DNA of 56,888 bases, the filler included, from Porpidia crustulata (Eukaryota), in assembly GCA_964255105.1 (NCBI GenBank). It is 7 parts of 7 records of this genome, joined end to end, with 100 filler letters (N's around TTAATTAATTAA, not from the genome) between each part and the next. Parts side by side here need not be neighbours in the genome. Positions count along the whole stretch, not along the records: positions 24,448 to 32,488 come from CAXUWE010001189.1; positions 32,589 to 40,627 come from CAXUWE010001190.1; 5 more parts are not named here. One strand, written 5' to 3'. Position numbers and translations under genes: made by a program. The notes under the pieces are model-generated. The model saw only the letters and a list, made by a program, of their open reading frames with translations, did no database searches and was not told where the DNA came from. Positions 26,797 to 38,501 of this stretch are shown here, one piece after another; positions within the stretch are counted from its first letter, which is position 1, and the number at the start of each line of letters is the position of its first letter.

Positions 26797-27552
26797 GATA
26801 TCCTTCCATACTATTAAAGGACCTTGTTATTCCACATTCAAGTCGTACAGTGTGCAATGTAATGTCTTGCATGGAAAAACAATGTCCGACCCTCCAGTGG
26901 ATTGGACGACAACATATCGGCCGTCGTTCACCGGCTTCTCACAAAAGTCGAAATTTACTTGAGTGTTCTCACTCGGGCGTTGGGCAGACATCGACTTGAA
27001 TTACCACAGCCAGCGCTGTGAAGCGACGGTTGTGGTTATTGACCTTTGTTGACAATGACAAAAGAACCATTACTAGCAGGTGCACTAGCAATCCAAATGG
27101 TACCTTGGCGAGCATAATAGATACAAAATGACAGTGCTGTAGTCATTCGGAAAATCACTTCTCGTATGACTCTTATTGTTAACGCCATCTTTTTCGTCCT
27201 GACCTTAATGCATCGTTGAACTTGAAAGCTTCATAAGCAACAATTTCAATTTTCGCCACCAGTCATCATTCTTTCAAAGTTCCATTTTCTTTGTGCAAGT
27301 TAAGCCATAGACAGTAGCAGAACTGGATACCTGAGTTTGTAGAGCAAGATCTGATATCTCTTGGTCTGCCAAGCCACTAACCTCATCGGGCGCATCGTGA
27401 ACCTCCAACACCTCCCAACCTCACTTCGGTCGCTCAGTTCCGAGTCATTCATACTAACACCCATAACCACCCAGAAAAGGTCGTGTATTGACCCGGTACT
27501 TTGGTAACTGACTTCATCAGACGATCCACCAGCCTTCGAAACCTTTCTACGT

Positions 27553-30500
27553 ATGTCAACTATCGAAGATGGTCACGAGCGCGAATCAGCCGAAGCACCG
27601 GCCGAGCATACTGGTTTAGACAGCAGCGTTGGGTCAGACACTGATACAGGCAGAATCAATACTCCGGATGCTCTCGCCAAAGATGAATCAGAGATCAAAC
27701 ATCATGCACGCTCAAATTCGGTCAAGAAACCTACGACGTTCAAGGCAGTATCTGTGACAAAGAATTTCCTTGCTAAGGCCAATCCAACCCTACCAGTCAA
27801 AGGCAATGGCGATAAAGGTAGCGCAAGCAAAGTTCTTCTGCTAAAGGTATAGCTAATATTGACAGTTACAGCACAAGCAGTGGCATCTGGAAATACCATA
27901 CCGCCAGCCCCTCGACCGAGGCTCGTCGCAAAAGCCGTCAGTGGCCTGCAGGCATCAGCACCTAAATCAACAAGCGCAACATCCAAGAATGGAGGAGGAG
28001 GACTACCAGATCCGCTTCAAGTATGGAATAGAAATAGACGTATGTGTATGCCTTGACGATGTACGACGCCATTATTAACGTGACATGCAGCGGCTCCAGC
28101 AACTGCGCCTAAGCCTGTCACAGATGAAGAGCTCAAACAACGATATGGCATACACCTTGCCACACGGCTCCCTGCTGACGGTGATGGGAAGGAGGCCCAA
28201 TGGGCCGATATTGACGATGACGAGGACGATTGGGCGCCGGAGACGATCGAGTGGAACGACGGCACAAAGATCACGCTTCCGTCTAGTGACACCTTGGCAC
28301 AAGAGCAAGCTGCGGCTTTGGCATTGAAAGAGAAACAGGATGAAGAGGCAAGGGCAAAAATGGCGACGCCGAAACCTACCACCATCGTTGGACCCAACGC
28401 CACCGTTCTAAAACTCGGGTCTGCTGCACAGCCGAAGACTGGTGGATTGGTACTCAAGGCACCTTCAGATAAGCCAACCCTTGTTGCGAAACCAGCCGCT
28501 CCTTCACCTGTAAGGTCGCCATGGGCTTCTTTACCACCCGTCGACAAGGTTCCTCCTGTTTTGCCAAATCCTCTGTCACAGCAATCCACTTCTCGATTCG
28601 AAGAAACTGATCACCGGGGCTCCGAATCTACGCCTCAACCGTCCACAGCTGTGCAAATTGCCGCTGATTCTTTTACTCGAGCACGGCGCGACACCCCAAA
28701 TGGCATGCCGGGACAGCTGTACAATTCTCAGTCTGGCCAATATGAACCTGTGAGTGCTGGTCGACGAGGCTCAGTGCGCAAGGAGCAAAACTTTAGACCT
28801 CCATCATTACTCCAGCGACCGACGAATAACGATCAGCATGGTCCAGCAGAGCCGTCTGCCGCTTTTCAGACCCATCGGAATCAGCCAGACAGTAGTATGT
28901 GGAATCGAAGAGCTTCTTCTACTTTCAGTGGAGATAGTGGGCCCGGTGATCGAAGGCCATCCATGGGTAAGGGTTCGGATCAGTCTCGCATTCCAAATGA
29001 GATCCTTCAGCAGCGACCAGAATCAGACTCTCTGCAATCACCTCTTACTCCTGGGTCTGTCCCAGCAAATGTTTCTCAGCGCGATGATTCACAGCCGCCA
29101 GTAGCGTCGCATTCACAGCCGTTGCACGACGCTAGCTCGGCTGCGGCGTCACCTCAACAATCTAAGAGCTTACCTGTTGGCCACCCAGCAGCGCCTGCCT
29201 TGTCCAATGAGATCATCGCGCAAAAGCAGCTCATGCGGGAGAAGGGTGAGGCGGCAATTAAACGAAGAAGAGAGCAGGAGGTGAAGGAGGAAGCCGAAAA
29301 GAAGGAGAGAATCAGGATCAAGATGAAATCGTTAGGAATGTCGCTGGAAAAGGAGGATCATAAAAAAGAGATCGAGAAGCCCGCGACTGGAGCCAAGGAT
29401 TTCGAAACGAAGCAAATTGAGAAGAGGGAATCTGAAGCGGATAGATCCAATCAAGGCACTACCAAGGCAAAAATACCCGAAGCCAAGGAAATTGAGAAGA
29501 AGGACGTTCTTCCTGAAGCCGCTCTCATTCAGGACAAGCCACAAGTTCCTCTGGCGACTAGCTCCACTTCACCTCCGAAACCTCCAATCCCTGATGCTTC
29601 TGGAGCAGTCAAGCAATACGGGATGATGAAAGTTCACGGTCCTGCATTACCAAATGGAATATCACCAGCAGATCGTTCTTTATCAGAGAGGGCCAAGCTT
29701 CCTGGCCAGCATATCTCGCCGCCACAACAAGCAGCTGTACCGAATCAGGTTGAAGCGATTCCACCAGTGGTCAATGGGGGCCGTGATGCCAGCAGGCAGC
29801 ATGCAGAGCCTCTAATTCCTAAATCGCCCATGTCCCGAAGTCAAGATCTCCGAGGGCAAAGGCAGCAACCTTGGAAGGGTGTACAAAGTGACGCCGATAA
29901 ATTCCCAGGTTGGAATGGTGCCAACATGACGACTCACTCCTCTGTAGTAGGAAACCTATGGGGCCCGCCAGCTAACCAGAATGCTCTTGGTAACGGAACT
30001 TTTGATCGAAACGTGCAAAGACCCCAGTCAAGGCAGCCACCGTTCCAAGATCAGTACATATCACCTGCCCCTCAACCAATAGGGCCTCCACGGCATTTGC
30101 AACGGCCGCGTGAGTCTCCAGACCCACATCGATCGCAGGAGGCGGCTTCGTTACCCGTGGTTGAAGATTTCCAAACCATTCCACCTTTTCCGCTATCTGA
30201 TGCTCCTCCCCTCCTCCCAAAGAGTCGGCCAGATCCTGCGGATCAGATGACAAATAGAGCACAGCCGATATTGCCTCCGCAACCTAGTCCTGTATCACAG
30301 CCGAGACTGCAACCCATCGGCGAACAGTTTTCGCGAGGTCCGGATCAGCATAGAACAACACTGGCCGATTGGGGAAATTTTCATGCAATCTCGGCAAGAG
30401 ATGATGCTGAAAGGAGAGTCCGGGTTGCCCAGGCCCAAGCGGCACAACTTGCTGAGGAAGCTCGCACAGGTATACGACACGAGGTCCAGCCTCCTACTAT

Positions 30501-31665
30501 GAATGAGACATGGCGTCAGACTAAAGTCGATGATCAAGTCAATCAGCGCAAGGTTGTCAGCGTCGTGAAAGAACAAACTATCCCAGGCTCTACAAAGACT
30601 CCGTACATGAATGGAGATGTCCGAACTATGCCATTGGGGGGTTCTTCAACCATAACCGCCACGAATGGTGCAGGCCGAAGCTCACGTTTCTTTCCTGGAG
30701 CTGGACAAGGCATGCCGGCGCAGACTCAGCGAGCCGTAAGCTATACTTTGGGCTTCAATCGAACCCCGTCACCTCCACCTCCAGAGATTGCTACCCACCC
30801 GGCTTATGCACGTATCCAGGATCATCCAGTAGTGAATTTACCTTTTGCCAAACCTAAGCCTAAGGTTAGACTTCCACCAACGATCATTACGCCAGTACAG
30901 CCCCAGATGCAAGAAGTGCATGCTATGCCGCTCAGGGCCGTCTCACAACCGCTGGTGAATAATGCTGTTTGGCAGGACAGAATCAATGGACTACTAGGTG
31001 TCAAGAAGTCCTCACCTGAAAAGAAGTTTGCTTATGTCGCCGAGTTCTCCGCAACCAAGATCCCACTTGAAGCTCCGTCCGTGAAGATTTCGGCAGCTGT
31101 AACACTTCCTCCTAAGGATGAGGTATCCCACATAGCCGAAGAGCCTGTGACTTCAAAGGACATGGAGGATGAGGAGGCGCTGTTTGAGAACCGCGAATTT
31201 GGATCTCTTCCTGTGATCAATATTCCTACACAGGTACCCGAGACTGGCTGGCAACCTGCGAGACCATCAAAGAATCGAGGTAACACAAACAAGCCCTATA
31301 AGCCTGTTGAGCCGTTGAGCAAAGAGTCGTTCGAGGAGAGGATTGAAAAGATTCACAACGGAATCTTGATCTTCGTGTATATACCTGGCGCGGCGCGAGA
31401 GACTCGGAAGACAAAAACCATGCCTGTGTTGCCCGGCTATGGACCAAATCATCGCACACCACGTCCTCGACATGTTTCGGGTTCTCCAAAGACTGGAAAG
31501 CCGTACAAACCGAGGGATACTCAAGCGACCTACAGCGCTCCAAAGCTAGCTCCGAACGGGATTCAGAGGAGCTCAATGCCGAATATTCCAACTTCATCGC
31601 CAAGAACTTCATTTGGCAAAAATATGAACACGTGGAGTGCTCGTGTCGTTGGAATGGCACAGTAG
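27553..31665 (+). CDS. Large conserved fungal disordered protein (possibly PRRC2/BAT2-like), 3 exons
   Basis: Exons approximately 27553-27817, 27865/27871-28039 and 28091-31665 join in frame. Blocks HARSNSVKKPTTFKAVSVTKNFLAK, VWNRNR, TDEELKQRYGIHLATRL, WADIDDDEDDWAPETIEWNDG, a central coiled coil and REFGSLP. The PRRC2 label is tentative. Confidence 0.8.
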
Positions 31666-32488
31666 TGCTTTTTCAGAGCAGCTACACGCGAACGTATAGT
31701 CGCATACACGCTTTCAGCTGTCCATCGAGCTATTAATAGAATTTCACAGCGCACCTAGGATCCATCAATAACAGCACCAGAGCATCATCTCTTTCTCGGC
31801 TCGTCGTCTGCGTTTCAAGTCTACATGACTCATCCCCACTAACTTTCCACCATCCCGTCATTTTCCGCAGTCTCGTGTTCTTTCCAGCTGCACATATCAG
31901 CATCCGACGATCACTCCTCGGAGATTTCTTCAGCGAGCGTTTTCGGATCCCATACTGCTTTCTGGCTATAGGCGAGCGGGCAATTAAGTGTGGGGAAGGG
32001 GCAGTTGGGGCGCTTTTCGAGATGATTTCAGATCATCAACACACATCCAAACTTTCTTCTTTTTCGCTTCCGATGTAGCAGCCTGTGAAGACCCCCCCAC
32101 CTCAGCTAGCTAAGCGTGTGTGTGTCTCTCTTTTTCCCTAAGAGGAGCGATTGGACCGGGGTGGGCTAGCTAGCGAAGTGCCGTCAGTTAGTTTTTTCCA
32201 ATGGAATATTGCATTATAATCATCACGTTTTGCATGCGAGTGAGGTGCTGGCGTGGGTCTGGTTTTGATATGTACAACCTTTCCCTTTCCATCCCGATCA
32301 TCCCAGCTATGTAAGTACAAACTCCCCCTTTTCCCACCTTCCCTCGCCCTCTTCTTCCACCAAACTCCCCTACCCTTTTTCCCAAGGAAGCCTTCCTTTC
32401 TTTCAGCCAAGGAGGCCCCCTTGAACCAACCGACCGTGCAGGCCGGTCAAAATAGGAACCATCCATAGCCATGGCCGTGCGCGTGGAT

Positions 32489-32588
32489 NNNNNNNNNNNN
32501 NNNNNNNNNNNNNNNNNNNNNNNNNNNNNNNNTTAATTAATTAANNNNNNNNNNNNNNNNNNNNNNNNNNNNNNNNNNNNNNNNNNNN
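32489..32588. other. Artificial contig spacer
   Basis: N44-TTAATTAATTAA-N44. Confidence 0.98.
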
Positions 32589-32649
32589 GGGTTGGACCCG
32601 GGGGAGATGTACGGAGTTTTGGGCATCTGAGGTGAAAAGTTATCTACGG

Positions 32650-33728
32650 ACTTTATGGAGGCGGTCACCTCGGGAATTTATGCTATGAATAATCAACCAA
32701 TCCATTTCCCTCGCTTTGATTTCTAATTGGTGTCCCCTCATAGACCACGGATCTTAAACTTTGACGATCGCGCTCCTTTCTGCGCTTCTGTCCAATTCTT
32801 TCCCACTTCCCGTTCTCCGAGATCTTTGAGTGTGTGTCAGCGTACGCAGTCCCGGGTATAGTCACATAGAGACATATATCTCCTTGTCGGAAGACGATGC
32901 TAGCATCTTGGCCGCTGCTTCTTCCCATGCTCTGAGCTCCTCCAAGAAATTCTTCTTCTTCCAATTCAGGAAGCCCATGTTCACCAAGACGCGGAAAAAT
33001 TCGTGGAAGCCGCCGTGTTAGAGAGTTCTACGCGCTACGGTTTGGGCTTTTGGGATCTTGCATTTCGCCTCGAAGGGCGTGGAGTCACGGTTGGGATACG
33101 CGACGAAATTAAAGCCAGGACATATTTGATGCGGTTTGGCAATTGCCATAAGCTTTGGAACTGGTACTTCCTCAACCTTGCTGTTTTTGTAGTACTTGGC
33201 TGCGTTTCCTAGAGCTAGGAGGACACCTCCTGATGACAAGGAAGATTTCTATCCAAGAGGGTTATCCGAGGCCCCGGGTGCAGCATGCCTCCGTAGTTGG
33301 ACGAGAAGCTGATGGTACAGCTTGCGAGCATTTTGCAAAGTGCTGAGCAGGGTACCTTCAGGTCTTATCTGACAATTTTACCCCCTTTGCGGTGTCGAAC
33401 AAGGTTCCCTTGATGGAAAATGTCACCGTCGACGTAGAATATATACGGTATCGAACCGACGACGACATCATTCTTTCCCACTACGGCATCTAATGCAGAT
33501 GTGTCCATAACGTCTAATGATATCGGATGGGTAATCTTAATGCCTTCGCAAAGCTTTTCCTCGTTCTTGAGTATTCGGCATGCTTGAACTCTGCGGTAAA
33601 AAAGAGGCCCAGAATGATTAAAAATTCTACTAATATCCGATGACTTCAATGGCTGCACCAGTCAAATTCTGAGCAGTGTGTTTCATTAAGAAGCCCGCTC
33701 CGAGAAGGAGAACTTTACTACTTTTAAC
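32650..33728 (-). pseudogene. LYS9: Saccharopine dehydrogenase (NADP+, L-glutamate forming) pseudogene
   Basis: Colinear remnants KVLLLGAGF, ACRILKNEEKLCEG..PISLDVMDTSALDAVVGKNDVVVGSIPY, HRKGGKI, SDNPLG*KSSLSSGGVLLALGNAAKYY, PGFNFVAYPNRDSTPF..AQTVARRTL*HGGF. Stops at 33249 and 33018, frameshifts, and an internal deletion of the TTSY/NEIGLDPGIDH region. Confidence 0.9.
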
Positions 33729-34039
33729 GTCGATTGCACGATCTTATATTGTCCATGTAAGACTTGGAGGAGATTGATCACTCATCGTCCACATCCGTAC
33801 TTCTTAATTGATCGTTCGGCAATTGTTCAGATCGTTACGATATACTCAACTTAAATCTGCAGGTCGAACTTCAAAATTTGTTCAAGAAAGAATGACATCC
33901 TATCACGTGACCTTCAAGATACCCATCGCGGTTTAGCGCCTGCCCTCTCAGCCTTATGATACCATCAAAAAGACACGATTCTTTAATGTCTACCTATTCA
34001 TCCATCACTCAGATAGACTTGCGAACATTATCTATCAGA

Positions 34040-35393
34040 ATGTCAGCTACGTCAGCTATGGATGGATTCTGGGCTGCTCCACCAGTATCGAGGTATGCAA
34101 GAAGTCGTCTAGAAGAATTATTACATTTGCTTCAATCTTCTTAGTAGGCATGGATTTCTGATGCTGATGACTAGGACTTTGACAGCACTGACCCTGGTCA
34201 CATCCCTTCTCGTCTACGGAAGGCTTATGAGTGCTAGTCATATCGTCCTTTACTGGCCATGGATTTTCAAATTTCCCATGCCTGAAATATGGCGCCTTGT
34301 CACCTCGTTCTGGCTAACAAGTCCCGCGCTTGGCATTCTTTTCGACACATATTTCCGTAAGATCTATGAAAATATGCAGTGGCAATTATACTCACAACCA
34401 CCGCCTAGTATGGACGTATTCAAGTGGCTTGGAAAAAGAATCACCACGCTTCTCCCAGCCTGGCGACTTTTTCATATACATCATCTTCCTAGGGTTCTTC
34501 ATCCTGGTATGTTAGGCTTTCTCATCCCAATTTCCTTTATGCTTATGTTCTTGTCCTTATTCAACCTTGACTGTCTTTTGGTCAAACGCACCTCGTAATA
34601 TCTGCCCGCCCAGCCATTATCTAGCTGTAGCGGTTCCTGGAAATGAGGAAGATTGCCCCTGTGTCTCGCGTTGGTCCGTCATTCGCAATCAATTCAAAGG
34701 TCCTTCGTGCGGTGTGGGCATGGTGGGAGTGACATTTGAGAATAGCCTGCGTGGTCTTCGGAAATTCGCGTTCGGTGGTTTTCGCTTCCTACAATCTTAT
34801 CTTAATTGTTACTGTACTCCTCTACGTTGAAAATCCCTCGGGTGCCTAGTGGTCCAACGAGTACCAACTGATCATATCCAAGGCGACAGCAGGCGTCTTC
34901 CTGGGTGCTGTAATATTCACGTCATGTAAGTTCTCCTCCTACTTTGCTCATAGAGCAATGCTTACGAAACATAGCCCTCATTCTTGGGTTGGCGTACACA
35001 TATTCGCAAGACAACAAGGGAAAGAAAGTATCTTTCTTTATTATTACATTTAACGTGATGTGGTTGCCCTGGGCTATGCTTTTGATGACTTTTATCCTGG
35101 TTGGTCCTACGGCCACTATGCACCAGGGGACGGGGCTTCTAGCGGCTCATCTCTATGACTTCCTTACCCGCATATATCCAACCTTCGGTGGTGGGAGGAA
35201 CTACATACACACGCCAACTTTGGTCAAGCGGTGGTTTGGAGCCGATGAGGGTATCGGGCAGTCACGAGGCTATGGTACGGCTTTTAGCCCAGCGCCTCCG
35301 TCAGCCAGTCGTGGAGCATCTGGTGGATTTCCCGGTGGTTTCTCGAGTGTGTGGGGAAGCAGAGGGCAAGGCCGACGTCTTGGTGGGGAATGA
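34040..35393 (+). CDS. Derlin-family ERAD rhomboid pseudoprotease (Der1/Dfm1-like), 5 exons
   Basis: MDGFWAAPPVSR|TLTA..., PEIWRLVTSF (WR motif), YSSGLE..PGDF, LAYTYSQDN, GLLAAHLYDFLTRIYP, and a C-terminal SHP-box-like WGSRGQGRRLG. Confidence 0.93.
34591..34796 (+). ncRNA. Candidate box H/ACA snoRNA in derlin intron 3 (34507-34882)
   Basis: Hairpin 1 is closed by CCTC/GAGG and followed by H-box-like AGATTG (34650). The terminal hairpin GGGAGTGA (34725) / TCGCTTCC (34782) is followed by ACA+3 nt (34791). Pocket TTTGAGAA + GGTT is complementary to LSU rRNA AACC-UA-UUCUCAAA (rRNA sequence recalled) at 14 nt from ACA. Confidence 0.72.
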
Positions 35394-35695
35394 TGGGCAT
35401 CTAACGCGGCGTCATCTGAGTATATCTGATTTATAGTAGCTGAATCTTGAATGCTATGAAATTACCGAATTTACTAGTATTTGCATTTCATACCTTGGGA
35501 AAGACGGTGTACATACTTACTTGGTGCAAGGCTAATGCTACGTCCAAATCCGGTTTAGCTCACACACACAAAAAGTTCAAGATCCGCGAAGCTCAAGCTC
35601 CAAATCGACAGTATCTTCAGACGATTTGCATTGTGCCTTCACCGCGTCGCAACTACATTAATATGTCATAGTTTTTACGCTCGTATTCTTTTAAG

Positions 35696-37305
35696 ATGGC
35701 TATGGTCACAGCCAAAGAAGAGGCAGAATACACCATCAAACCCGAGTCCACAACACCAGCAGTCGACACAAGCAGCTGGCCATTGTTACTGAAAGACTAC
35801 AATAAATTACTCGTTCGTACAGGGCATTTTACTCCGATACCTGTAGGATGTACACCGCTCAAGCGCGACCTAAAATCTTATATTGCGTCCGGCGTCATAA
35901 ATCTCGACAAACCATCGAACCCCTCAAGTCATGAGGTTGTAGCATGGGTGAAGCGCATGTTAAGGTCAGTTAAGAAACAATCGGAGCTTTCTCTTATGCT
36001 AATAAACACAAGGGTCGAAAAGACTGGGCATAGCGGCACATTGGACCCAAAGGTCACTGGTTGCCTCATTGTGTGCATAGATCGCGCGACCCGACTTGTC
36101 AAATCTCAGCAAGGAGCCGGAAAAGAATATGTCTGCGTTATTCGACTACATGACAGGCTTCCAGGTGGCCAAGCGCAGCTTGCAAGAGCCTTGGAGACCC
36201 TTACCGGAGCACTGTTTCAACGACCACCACTTATCTCAGCTGTCAAAAGGCAATTGCGCATACGGACAATACATGAAAGCAAGCTATACGAATTTGACAA
36301 CGACAGGCATCTCGGTGTATTCTGGGTTAGTTGCGAAGCAGGGACCTACATTCGAACGCTATGTGTACATTTAGGATTATTATTAGGTGTAGGCGCCCAC
36401 ATGCAAGAGCTCAGGAGGGTGCGAAGTGGAGCTATGGATGAGCAGGATGGTATGGTCACATTACACGATGTTTTGGATGCGCAGTGGCTACAAGACAATA
36501 CTCGAGACGAGTCATATCTAAGAAAAGTTATCAGACCATTGGAGAGTCTTCTTACTACTTATAAGAGGATCGTGGTGAAGGATAGTGCTGTTAATGCTGT
36601 ATGTTATGGAGCAAAACTCATGATCCCTGGTCTCCTCCGATATGGTAAAATCACTTTCTCGAACGTAATGAGTGCCAGGCTGACCAAATTACAGAGGCCG
36701 GCATCGAGGTCCACGAGGAGATTGTACTTATTACCACAAAAGGTGAGGCAATTGCGTTAGGCATAGCGCAGATGTCGACCGTCGAACTATCTAGCTGCGA
36801 TCATGGAGTCGTAGCTAAAGTAAAGCGGTGCATAATGGAGCGAGACCTCTATCCAAGGCGTTGGGGATTAGGACCAGTGGCCCTGGAAAAGAAGAAGATG
36901 AAGTCCGACGGCAAACTCGATGTAAGTATTTGCCTGATTATGTGGGCTACTGCGCCGACTAACACTGCAAAGAAATATGGAAGACCAAACGAGGCAACGC
37001 CAGCCAAGTGGCAAAAAGACTACCAAGACTTTAATGCACCGTTGGAGAATGGTACTAGCGTACCGATCAAGCTTGAAGATAAACCCCCAGCTGGTGCAGA
37101 TATAAAGCCCGCGGACGCTGGATCGAAAGAAATCCCTTTGAAACAGCCGGAGCCAGAAGCAGCCAACGATGAAGTAGATTCGAAGAAGCGAAAGAGGCAC
37201 GAAGGCGAGACACCCGAGGAAAAGGCCGATCGAAAGCGGAAAAAGAAGGAAAAGAAGGAGAAGCGGAAGTTGAAAAAGGGGCAATCTGACGATGGTAGCG
37301 AGTAA
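35696..37305 (+). CDS. CBF5: H/ACA snoRNP pseudouridine synthase Cbf5/dyskerin, 4 exons
   Basis: [33 protein letters not shown] (catalytic Asp), [18 protein letters not shown] domain [14 protein letters not shown] and a KKE-rich tail. Confidence 0.98.
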
Positions 37306-38501
37306 TCGTTATACTGACGCTAATCACTGTACAGTAGCGTAAGTATTGCTGGCGTCATAGGTGCACTGGATCGAAGCGCTGTTTGGGGTTTGTGAGTATC
37401 TCAATGTACAGAGGGGTGCCTCCAGCTTATCAGCAGATGATCTCTGAACTTGGATTCTCAAGAAGCTCTAAAGACTCGCTTGAGGCGCTCGGAGACTTAT
37501 GAAGCATCTAAGGCCTTCCCATGTGCAAGTCATCATTTAATTGCAGCTCAAAAATTTGTGTCTATCAACTCTTCGGCCATGAATCTGCACATGCTCTCAT
37601 TTATTGTACTTTTTCTGTCACGTCCTACTGCAGTCTCGGCACCTTCACTATTTCGGCTCGATACCTGACTTGCACAATCGCCAGGACTGATGTAAAACCC
37701 AACAGAAATGTCTGCGGTAAGGTGAGATCACGATGGCGTACCTCTTTAAAAAAATCGAAATCATCGATCTTGCAACGACTGCTTTATCAAATCGGCACAA
37801 GACTCCGTTTACGTTGCACTCAGCTCAAAGTGGTCTTATCACGGGGAGATCAATACCTGATCATTGACTCTCCTTGGATGAATCGAAAGTTGCGATGGAA
37901 GAATGGTTGGCTTGCCCGGATCTAAAAGGGGTAGAACGGGGGGGCAACGTTCAAACTTCAGGATGGAGATTGGGTTATGGTGGGAAGGCAGCTGGGGTGC
38001 TGTGCGATGGGTGCAAGATGCTGTGCCTGAGATGGGCTCTGGAGAAATAGCAATATAAATGAGGGTTTTCCGGATTTAGAGACAGTGCTGACTACGGGTC
38101 GTGTGATAATATGTTGCTCTTGCCACAATTCGTAATTCTCTAATAGTATTTGCTGGAAAGATGTTACCTTTATGCTTCATACAGGTTGATAATCCCACTA
38201 CACCAAGGAGAGCGTACCTACCCTCCAAGCGGTTATTCGCACATGGCATTGGTCAGGAAACATGGTGTCGAGATAGCTAAAGTGCTGTGCCTATAATGAC
38301 TGTGTCATCGAAACATGAAATGGACCCCGCCAAAAGCCGCATGAGCAAGACGATCCTGCTCGTGTCAGGTGTTCCAATTCACTGCCCCCCTTTCATCTTT
38401 GCACAATTCCTATCAAATCATGGTCTTCAAAGGTAAATTTCGTAAGGGAAAATTGGCTTGAGCTTCGATACACCTCCAAACATTCCTGACCACTGCCACA
38501 A

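Noticed and set aside
34567..34830. 87-aa ORF (..VAVPGNEEDCPC..) as an extra derlin exon
   Set aside because: Derlin splices cleanly from 34506 to 34883 without it, and the sequence is better explained as a structured RNA.
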